Shown here: one piece after another, positions 1 to 8,369 of the stretch
How positions within the stretch are numbered: the first letter of the stretch is position 1
Layout: each line of letters opens with the position of its first letter
Assembly: GCA_963693365.1 (NCBI GenBank)
Contig: CAVNZM010000091.1
Location: 1 to 9,938, forward strand
Source: Amoebidium appalachense
Lineage: Eukaryota > Protista > Ichthyosporea
Direction of reading: 5' to 3'
Length of the DNA stretch: 9,938 nt
Program-made: the position numbers and the translations under genes
The notes under the pieces: model-generated
Database searches by the model: none
Told to the model about the DNA's origin: nothing
Seen by the model: the letters and a program-made list of their open reading frames with translations, nothing else

Positions 1-2
1 CT

Positions 3-132
3 CCAATTCCGAAACACACACATTCCAATATTTCATTCCAGCGCGAATTCCAACCGGACTACTCGTACACTGCTCCCTAGTTTCAACCACCCACTTCCAT
101 GAAACACACACATTTTAATTCTTCATTCAAGC
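3..132. repeat. Degenerate direct repeat (two ~40-nt copies about 90 nt apart) in an intron of the minus-strand gene
   Basis: ccaattccgaaacacacacattccaatatttcattccagc (3-42) vs ccacttccatgaaacacacacattttaattcttcattcaagc (91-132). Confidence 0.6.
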
Positions 133-166
133 TTGGGTCTCTTTATCATCCTTTGCACATACTCAC

Positions 167-612
167 GGGTTGCAGGATCTCCCAGGTTGAGTTCAACATA
201 GTCTCCCTCTTCCAAGTCCGAGCCATCATCCTCATTGCTAGAGTCTCTCTCAGCTCCTCCTCGTCACTTCCATCCTCATCATTATCTTCTTCCTCATCCT
301 CCTCCATAGTCTTTATCACACGACCCTCAAGGGCCACCAACGAACCCCTATCCTCCCTGTCTTCGCCCCTGAAAGTTACTTTCTCCGCAAGTGCACGACC
401 CCACCTCTCCAGAAAATGGTCGATGATGTACTGCAGCCACTCGACGTACTCGTAGAACTTAGGCATCCCGTTCCAAACAACAAACCTCCCATCTGGCGTA
501 GGGATCCACTGACAATCATAGGAAGGTAACCCCTCAGGAGTGGCTCTCTCTATCAGACCACGCTGTTCGTTACTCCATCTTGCCAGAAAACCATCAGAAA
601 AACGTGATTGAC
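167..612 (-). CDS. Internal coding exon of a hypothetical protein resembling an uncharacterised phage/NCLDV/bacterial family, plus an acidic tail
   Basis: The frame of track ORF 146..466 stays open upstream to a TGA at 622-620. Acceptor cag|GT at 613/612 (phase 1), donor CCC|GTGAGT at 167/166 (phase 0). Translation: QSRFSDGFLARWSNEQRGLIERATPEGLPSYDCQWIPTPDGRFVVWNGMPKFYEYVEWLQYIIDHFLERWGRALAEKVTFRGEDREDRGSLVALEGRVIKTMEEDEEEDNDEDGSDEEELRETLAMRMMARTWKRETMLNSTWEILQP. Family similarity is from memory. The acceptor is less certain than the donor. Confidence 0.8.
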
Positions 613-844
613 CTGCTTGTCACCAGGGTCATGAACCGGAAGCTAAGAGCAGAACAGAATGTGGTTGTTACAGTTGCTTAAAAAAGGCCACCACTGAACA
701 AAGCTGGAGCTATAATGAAATGCAGTTTCCGAAACTCATAAATGAGGTTTGATGCCTAGGCCTGCTAACATATTGAGTGCTAAAAGTAAAGAGTGGTGCC
801 AAGTTTTTCGTTTCTTGACAGCGGCTATTTAGGCCGGGTAGAGT

Positions 845-937
845 TGACGTCATCATTGCCGTCGCGCTGAAAACACGAAAGCTAAATATGGTAACCGTGC
901 CCCGTCAGTGACGTAATCGTAATCGATATCGATCGAT
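845..937. promoter_or_regulatory. Cluster of CpG-containing palindromes, candidate promoter/enhancer between the divergent genes
   Basis: TGACGTCA (CRE consensus) 845-852; CGTCAgTGACG 903-913, overlapping TGACGTAA 909-916; ATCGATATCGAT 922-933; ATCGATCGAT 928-937. Confidence 0.4.
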
Positions 938-1629
938 CTTGATAAATCTCTCGATCATGTTGCAGAATAAACACATACATTCTAGATAATGTATTTGATG
1001 TTGCGCGTTATCAACGAATCGAATCAAAAACATCCGATAGAGCGTAATCAATATTGGGGTTTCTACATACTAAGTCCTTTGTGTTGGTGTACGGCCCGGC
1101 GCCCGGGCTGGGGGCAGAAAAGTCGAGGACTCAGTTTCAACTTGAAAAGGTCACCTTGAGGCTGGCAGGTGACAGACCTTTCATCTGGTGTCTGCCCCGG
1201 GATGTATGTATAGTATATAGTAGCAACGACTCACAACACGCTTGTTCCTGGTTTCTAACCCCAAGCGACAGTGTAGCTGTAACCGTTTGTACGTAGAGTT
1301 CGGGTGGAGCTTTGAAGTCATGTTGGTTGGTGGTAGTTTCTTGTAGTTTTACCAGTACTCTGGGAACAGTGCTCCAACCGTTCTGCAGCTGTATGGATGA
1401 CGCTTTTAGTGCCTGGTCAAGTTACAAGGGTCTTCCTTCTGGCACATCCTCCTCTTTTACATGAGCTGCACAGGTGGAGGCGCATGTACATAGGTCTTCG
1501 GTCACACACACGCATGCACGTTCTCGTGCAACTCGAGATAATATTACCCCAGTTGATTATGCACATCTGCCACATATGTGCACTTAGACGTTAAAAGAAC
1601 ACACAAATAAAACGACAACTACAGCAACC

Positions 1630-2779
1630 ATGGCCCACTTGGTATTCACTTCTCCGCCCCCCATGACAAGCAAGCAAGACTTACAGGCAGTGTACAAGAG
1701 ACCAGAACAGACGGTCATATTGGCACACAATGTGTGGCTGAGGGCGGAGAAAAACAAGAGCTCCGGTGCATCACACAAAAAACACAAGGAAAGCAGCGAA
1801 CGTTCAGGGCATAAACACAAACATGACGGAGAGAGGGGAAAACATCACAGAAAGAGACATCACTCTGATTCGATCGGGGTTGAGGGAGAAAAAGAAACAC
1901 ACGGACACGTGGTCTCTAACGAGAAAGAAAAAGAAGGGCAGCCAACACAAATAGCGGTGGATGAGACACGTGAAAGTGAAAATGTAGACCATCCCGTGGG
2001 AGGAGCGGTTTTTGCGGACACGGAAACAGATGATCAGGTCCCCCCGACACAACCCATGGTTGATGCAGCTAACGAGCCCATCACTCACGATGAGAGCAAT
2101 ATTTTACCAGCAAACGAGCACAATGATCAAGCAGACGGGATGAGTGATGCTACTCCAGCAGCACAAGTGTTTATTTCGTGCTTAGGAGACACGCCCAGCG
2201 GAGAAAACACGTTCGAGGAAACGATGGACACCACACCACCCACCGGGATGATAACGAGAAACAGTAGGCGGGTTGCTGCGGTTGAACGGAAGGGAGAAAA
2301 TGCGAGCCCTGATGTGTTGTTAGAAAGGCAGGAGGAAGGGGCTTCGAAAGGAAAGGAAAACGAAGAGGAAAAATGGGACGGAGACGGTCAATGCTGTGGT
2401 GGGAATGGTAGACATGGGTGTGGGTGTGTCCGCTAACCAGCAAGTCGACACAGAAAACATGATGGTTGAAATTGAGGCAGAAAACACTATTGGTGGTAGA
2501 ACGGACGAACCAGAACCATCAGAGAAAACCATGAAACCTGTTAAAGGGAGCAATCATTCCGACACCATGGATGAGAAAGAAATGAAAGAAATGGGAGCCA
2601 AGGATGAAGGAGAGAAGGAGGGGGGAAGGGGACGAAACACAAGCGAGAACATAGACAGCTCGGATGAGGAACAGGTGCTTAGATTAGTGGGGGATACGGA
2701 GGATGAGTCAGATTCAGATGGGGAAAGAAACATGCCAAAACAGCCCACGCCAAGGATGTCGTCCAGAACAAAGGCTGAA
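1630..2779 (+). CDS. Large 5' coding exon of an RRM-domain protein (His/Lys-rich segment, then acidic disordered region), with an apparent +1 frameshift near 2369-2373
   Basis: ATG in strong Kozak context (ACCATGG). Track ORFs 1630..2436 and 2396..2857 share the same E/D/T/N-rich composition and join if one A of the A5 run at 2369-2373 is removed (..ENEEE-NGTETVNAVVGMVD..). The 3' end is either 2779 (GAA|GTTTCG, phase 0) or 2807 (CAG|GTACTC, phase 1). The frame is open back to a possible acceptor at 1587/1588. Confidence 0.8.
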
Positions 2780-2869
2780 GTTTCGCACACACGGACACAA
2801 GATTCAGGTACTCATCACACATTCAAGTCACAAACCATCACTTTACACTATACCTAACTATTCGGCTAG

Positions 2870-2897
2870 GAACCTTCCGATTACTTTGTTCACTCAG
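2870..2897 (+). CDS. Candidate 28-nt microexon (EPSDYFVHS)
   Basis: Branch motif CTAAC 2854-2858, acceptor TAG 2867-2869, donor CAG|GTGCTC. Phase 0 in and phase 1 out links 2779 to 3864 in frame (RTKAE-EPSDYFVHS-DGDEREEG). Confidence 0.45.
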
Positions 2898-2963
2898 GTG
2901 CTCTTTGTGTGTGTGTGTGTCTGCATGTTTATCTGCAGGCTAGTGTGGGCCATTCCACCGCGG

Positions 2964-3800
2964 GTGGGTGGGTGGGTGGAGGGAGGGATGCAGGAGGGAA
3001 AGGTGAGATGGGGTGGGAGGGGAGGGGTGGGGGTGGGGTTGGGTTTTTTTTTTTTGTTCGGGGGCGGGGGGGGGGGGGGGGGGGGGGGGGAAGGGGGAGG
3101 AGGTGGGGGATGTGCGTGGTGGTAGTGGTGACAAGGGGAGGGGGAAGAAAGGGGGGGGGGGGGGGAGGGGGGAGGAATAGAGGGAGATGGGGGGAGGGGA
3201 GGGAGGGGGGGGGGGATGGTGGCGGAGATGTTTATTCTTTTTTTTTTTTTTCCCGGGGGGGGGGGGGAGGGGGAGAAGGGGGCTGAATTCATCACAAACC
3301 GTCTTATCACACTTAATTTAAATTTGAGGGGACCCTATCCATTGGCCTACCCCTGCACAGTGCATTTATAGTCAAACGAAAAATCAACTCCGTGTGCTTG
3401 TGCCGAATATATTTCTTGGGTAGGATGAGGATGGTGTGTTGGGAGGTCGGGTCGTCTAGGTGTGGGTGCGCGCATGCCCGCGTGTGTGTTTTCTTCAGGG
3501 GGGGAGGGGGGAAACATGGAAGGGGAGGGTGGTTTTTTTTTTGAGGGGGGGGGGGGAGGTGGAGGGGGGGGGGGGAGAGGGAGGGGGAGGGGGCTATGGC
3601 TGGGGGGGAGATGGGGAGGGATGGGAAGGTGGAGGGTTGGGAATGGGGGAAGGGGGGAGTAGGGAAGGGGTGGGGTGGGGCGTGCGCGTTTGTGTGTGTG
3701 TGTGTGTGTGGTGAGGGGGGGGGGGGAGGGGGAAGAGACAGAGGGGGAGGGGGGGGGGGGGAGGGCTGGGGGAAACGGGATGCAGGGAGAAAAAGATGAT
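2964..3800 (+). repeat. Intronic G-rich low-complexity tracts (G runs, GGGT/GGGA, short TG and T runs)
   Basis: Seen directly; interrupted by a higher-complexity island at about 3285-3460. Confidence 0.85.
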
Positions 3801-3863
3801 GCGATGGGGGCATGGGGAAATGGGTTACATGGTTTCTAACAAGTATACAACCCTTTATCTCAG

Positions 3864-3953
3864 ATGGAGACGAAAGAGAGGAGGGAGAGTACGAACAAGG
3901 GGAGGAAGAGAGCAGCGAGGAAGAATATACAAAGGGGAAACGGAGGAGGAAAG
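3864..3953 (+). CDS. Coding exon, acidic then basic (NLS-like): (D)GDEREEGEYEQGEEESSEEEYTKGKRRRK
   Basis: CTAAC 3836-3840, acceptor ccctttatctcag|, donor AAG|GTGGGT; 90 nt, phase 1/1, in frame with flanking exons. Confidence 0.8.
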
Positions 3954-4094
3954 GTGGGTGATGTTTTTGTTTTTCCACGGAAGTGTTTTTTTTTTTTTTT
4001 TTTTCCCCCCTTCCTTTTTTCCTTTTTTTTTTTTTTTTCCTTTGTGGGGAGGGAGAGAAGGGTGGGTGGGTGGGTGGGTGGGTGGGTGGGGGGT

Positions 4095-4125
<31 letters not shown>

Positions 4126-4428
4126 GGGGGGGCTAACAGACGTGAAATTGGAATGTGTGTGAGAAGTTTTAGTAAATATGAAGAGTGTAGTGGCTTGGGA
4201 AGTTACACATGAAAAACGGAGTGGATGTTTGGATAGCGCGCATACGTAAAACGGAGAGGCGTGTAGTTGTTTTACATACGTGCAAGGGGGGATTGTTTCA
4301 TATATTTGAGTGCTATTTGAGTCGTGTGGATTTTTCACACCCGGACAATCGGGGAAAACCGGTTAGGTTTATCACATACACATACGGTGGAGAATTTCGC
4401 ATGCGATCGAGAATTTGAGTGGTTATTG

Positions 4429-4814
<386 letters not shown>

Positions 4815-4847
4815 CTAATTTATATCTTTTTTTTCTTTCCACATCAG

Positions 4848-4924
4848 GCCAGGGCAAGACCAAGGCGCAAAACAAAAAGGCAAAGGGTGCAAAGAAGTCA
4901 AAGAAGAAGGGACCGGTTGATAGG
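4848..4924 (+). CDS. Lys-rich coding exon: (G)QGKTKAQNKKAKGAKKSKKKGPVDR
   Basis: CTAAT 4815-4819, strong polypyrimidine tract, acceptor cag|, consensus donor AGG|GTAAGT; 77 nt, phase 1 in and phase 0 out. Confidence 0.88.
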
Positions 4925-5160
4925 GTAAGTGCCAAATCATCTTTTCACCAACCACCATTACACAAAACCAACCAAACGAACAAAATATAAAAAGGGAGAA
5001 AGAAAGAAAAAAGAAAGAAAGGGGGGGGGGGGGGGGGGGGGGGGGGAGGGGGGAGGAAAATGTTTACAAACCGGCAAGCTTACTGCTGCCTCTCTGTCTC
5101 TCTGTGTGTGGTGGTGGTGGATTTTTTCCCTTTTTCTTTTTTTGGGGGGGGAGGGTGTGT

Positions 5161-5191
<31 letters not shown>

Positions 5192-5356
5192 GGGGGGGAG
5201 GAAGGGAGGGAGGGAGGGAGGGGGGGGAGGGGGATTGAATCATTTGCGTTGGGGAGGTTAGACACGATCTGCCGGTAGGCTCATAGGGTGTTAGTTTCCG
5301 GCGGAGTGTTGTATGGGTATGCGTGAAGTCAATTATAGGCAAATGTGTTATGTGTT

Positions 5357-5485
5357 GAACTGGCGGGATAAAGTGCGCATGATGGCAGTTTAGCTCTGTG
5401 TTGCAGAAATTTACTCCATATGTGGGCTTTTACTGGTAGGGTCAGGTGCATATGATGGCGGCTTTGCACTGTGTTGCAGAAATTT
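5357..5485. repeat. 73-nt-period tandem duplication in intron
   Basis: 5373-5412 gtgcgcatgatggcagtttagctctgtgttgcagaaattt vs 5446-5485 gtgcatatgatggcggctttgcactgtgttgcagaaattt, 34/40 identical; weaker similarity (actgg..) extends upstream. Confidence 0.75.
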
Positions 5486-5564
5486 GATTTTGGTTGTGGG
5501 TGGTTTTTTGTTTGTTTGTCTTTTTGTTTTTCTTTTTCCTCTTTTTTTCCCCCCTGTTATTCCT

Positions 5565-5607
<43 letters not shown>

Positions 5608-5657
5608 TGGGGGGGTTGTGTGTGTGTGTGTGGGCGTGTTTTTTTTTTTTTTAAAAA

Positions 5658-5707
<50 letters not shown>
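5565..5707 (+). repeat. Long G homopolymers (G42 at 5565-5606, G50 at 5658-5707)
   Basis: Seen directly; run lengths may be base-calling artefacts. Confidence 0.8.
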
Positions 5708-5708
<1 letters not shown>

Positions 5709-5876
5709 TTTTGTTGGGAATGCTTGGATGGCTGTGCTGGGTGTGTATTTGCTTGTGGTGTGTGTGTGCTCGCGGGGATGCGTGGCTGTTCGTGTTTACG
5801 TCTTCTCCTGTCACTGTTTGTGTAGTCGTGTACGTGTTCGTGTCCATCTGTTGTGTCAAATGTGTTTGGCTTTGCT

Positions 5877-6037
<161 letters not shown>

Positions 6038-6274
6038 TCACGTGAATCCTGATGTGTCCGTCTATATTTGGTTCGTATGATATATACTTCATAGAGTAAT
6101 AATCCCTATTATGATGTATGTAACCATCACCCGATTTTCCATGTACCTGATATAACGCTGAAGGGATAAACCGAGCAACCCCCCCCCCCCCCCCCCCCCC
6201 CTTCCCCCTTCCCACCGCACACCTGAGACTGGTTTCTGTGTTTCGAGTAGATAGCATAAACCAAACCTCTATAG

Positions 6275-6618
6275 TTTCTACTCACTTTGTGCACCTAATG
6301 TCTTCTCGCTGTACAAACGTTTTACACGACACTGTGTGCATCGTGCACATAATATCCACACACTGTGTGCACGTAACTTCTACCTACTGTGTGCACACAA
6401 TTTCTACTCACTGTGTGCACGTAACTTCTACCTACTGTGTGCACACAATTTCTACTCACTGTGTGCACGTAACTTCTACCTACTGTGTGCACGTAACTTC
6501 TACCTACTGTGTGCACGTAACTTCTACCTACTGTGTGCACGTAACTTCTACTCGCTGTATGCACGTGATATCCACTCACTGTGTGCACGTAATTTTCACT
6601 CACTGTGTGCACATGTGC
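6275..6618 (+). repeat. 24-bp minisatellite (consensus yACTGTGTGCACGTAACTTCTACy): 10 full units plus 1 partial from 6361, with degenerate copies upstream
   Basis: Units start every 24 nt at 6361, 6385, 6409 ... 6601; nearly all carry the GTGCAC palindrome; two variants alternate in the first five units. Confidence 0.95.
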
Positions 6619-6620
6619 AG

Positions 6621-6704
6621 GCGATCTACATTGCCAATCTGAGCCAAGGCGTGACGGAGGAAGAGATTGAGAAGGCAACAAGACCATTCGGCAAGATACA
6701 CACG
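6621..6704 (+). CDS. RRM exon 1 (RNP2/beta1, alpha1): AIYIANLSQGVTEEEIEKATRPFGKIHT
   Basis: Acceptor tgcag|, donor ACG|GTAGGT, 84 nt, phase 0/0. IYIANL matches RNP2 and TEEEI..(F)G.I matches RRM helix 1. Confidence 0.92.
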
Positions 6705-7121
6705 GTAGGTTTTAAAGAAGAGAGGCTATTGGTGTGATGAAAATTAATCGAGGGTGGTTTGATTGAAGATGGGGGGGGGGGGGGGGGGGGGGGCTTTGTC
6801 TTTTTAATCTCTTTGTCTAAAATATCCACCTCTTTCCCCGGAGAGGGGGAAGGGTGGGGAGAGGGGGAGACAGGGGCTGGGAGGGGGGAAATGGGAAAGG
6901 GGGGGGGAAGGGGGAGGGGGGGGGGGGGGGGGGAGGGGGAGGGGGTTAGCAGACTAATGTCACCATGGTTAGAAGAGACAGATCGTTGTGTTATGGTTGG
7001 ATAGCAATAACCTCTTTTGTGTTGGGGCTGGTAAAGAGATGAGAGTCTATGGTGATCTTTTCCCTCTCTCTCTTGTGCTCTTTCTCTCTCTTTTATGCTT
7101 CGTACTCTGCAACATGTTCAA

Positions 7122-7139
7122 CCCCCCCCCCCCCCCCCC

Positions 7140-7174
<35 letters not shown>
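7122..7174 (+). repeat. Abutting C19 and A34 homopolymers
   Basis: Seen directly. Confidence 0.8.
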
Positions 7175-7176
<2 letters not shown>

Positions 7177-7690
7177 GGTTGGGACCAGTTATGGGTTGGG
7201 AACCACGCGCGAGAGGTAGGAGCTGAAACCCATCCTTTTGCGGAGGCGTAAAATCGTCCTTGATGATGGGCTCTGTTCAAGTGTCTTCTCCCTGCACGTT
7301 TTTCGTTTATTCCATGTTACATATGGTGCGGGTTCGGGGTGGGGAGGGGGGAGGGAGGGGAGATGTTTATTATTTTGTCCGTGCCCCCCCCCCCCCCCCC
7401 CCTCCAAGTACTCTTTCAGTATGCTTTGCACCCTGCACTGTGCTGTCCGTCATGAATGTGTACTCCGTACTTTATGACGCATCATAAACCTCTTCTCCCC
7501 TGTTTCCGCGTTTTCATTTTTTCGCCGTATTCCTTTCGCATTCACTTCTTCCTGTTCTTTCTTCACATGTCTGACCCTTCTCGCCTTTTTCTCTTGAAAT
7601 GCTGTTAAGGTTACATACATCCTTTTATTTTTATCAAATACCAAAAAATTTATGAAGTCAAGGTTAATCTTGTATATTTTTTCATTACAG

Positions 7691-7780
7691 ATCAAGATTA
7701 TGCCGCTGCCCAATGTGGTGAAACCAACCACCAAACGTTCAGCAATTGTGTTGTACACCCACCAGCCAGATGCCCTTAAG
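7691..7780 (+). CDS. RRM exon 2 (beta2, RNP1/beta3, start of alpha2): [30 protein letters not shown]
   Basis: Acceptor ttttttcattacag|, donor AAG|GTCCCC (weak on the intron side), 90 nt, phase 0/0; continues the RRM pattern. Confidence 0.87.
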
Positions 7781-7811
7781 GTCCCCCTTTCTTCCTCCCC
7801 CCCCCCCCCCC

Positions 7812-7962
7812 CACACACACACACACACACACGCACGCACACACATGCACAGCCACGTCCACACACACACGGATGGGCATACACACACGCGCGCACGCAC
7901 ATGCACACGCACAGGCACACACACACATGCACACACCACGTGCGCGCGTGTGCGCGCTCGTG

Positions 7963-8003
<41 letters not shown>

Positions 8004-8090
8004 GCACACACGCACGCACACACACACACATGCACGCACACACGCACGCACACACGCACACACACACACACACATGCACGCACACACACG
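7812..8090 (+). repeat. Compound CA/CG microsatellite in intron
   Basis: Seen directly. Confidence 0.9.
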
Positions 8091-8303
8091 TTCACACCCG
8101 TGTGTAGTGTATAATCAAGGACCCGTGCTTAGCGTTTACATGCTGCCCATCCTTATTTTTTGTTTCCTTTTGTCCTTTTCCACCTCAAATATTGGCACAC
8201 TCGGGTGTTGGTGCTCCGAATGGTATTACTATAACGTGCTGGGCTTGCACCCTTTTGCATGTTGTGTTCATGGGGCTAACACTGGGGTGTAACCTAAAAA
8301 CAG

Positions 8304-8369
8304 GCCATTTCAAAGCTCAATCGAAGACGAATCGGCAACTCAACAGTCAGAGTGTCCCTGGCTAAGAAG
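8304..8369 (+). CDS. RRM exon 3 (alpha2, beta4): AISKLNRRRIGNSTVRVSLAKK
   Basis: CTAAC 8276-8280, first downstream AG at 8302-8303, donor AAG|GTGCGC, 66 nt, phase 0/0; matches the RRM C-terminal pattern A(I)..LN....G...V.V..A. Confidence 0.9.

Noticed and set aside
99-455. Plus-strand 118-aa Ser-rich ORF
   Set aside because: Antisense shadow of the Glu/Asp-rich minus-strand exon.
1160-1190. Minus-strand GAAAGGTCTG resembling RNase P RNA conserved region I
   Set aside because: I found no complementary CR-V segment downstream to close the P4 helix.
1390-1587. Upstream in-frame extension of the plus gene (KGLPSGT..., RRM-like) through TGA 1462 and TAG 1585
   Set aside because: Needs stop readthrough or several indels, with no convincing splice path; ATG 1630 has a strong Kozak context.
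4061-4090. (GGGT)n as an interstitial telomere repeat
   Set aside because: Short, merges into TG and G runs, and has no TTAGGG-type unit.
4207-4290. Faint 34-nt periodicity (aaaacggag.gg, catacgt)
   Set aside because: Too degenerate to define a unit with confidence.
6238-6687. 24-bp array as a CRISPR array or as a Cys/His repeat protein (HCVHVTST)n
   Set aside because: No unique spacers, no cas genes, eukaryotic intron context. Frames are open because the unit is a multiple of 3, and there is no acceptor AG inside the array.
7141-7174. A34 as a retroposon poly(A) tail
   Set aside because: Preceded by a C19 run rather than an element body; no target-site duplication seen.
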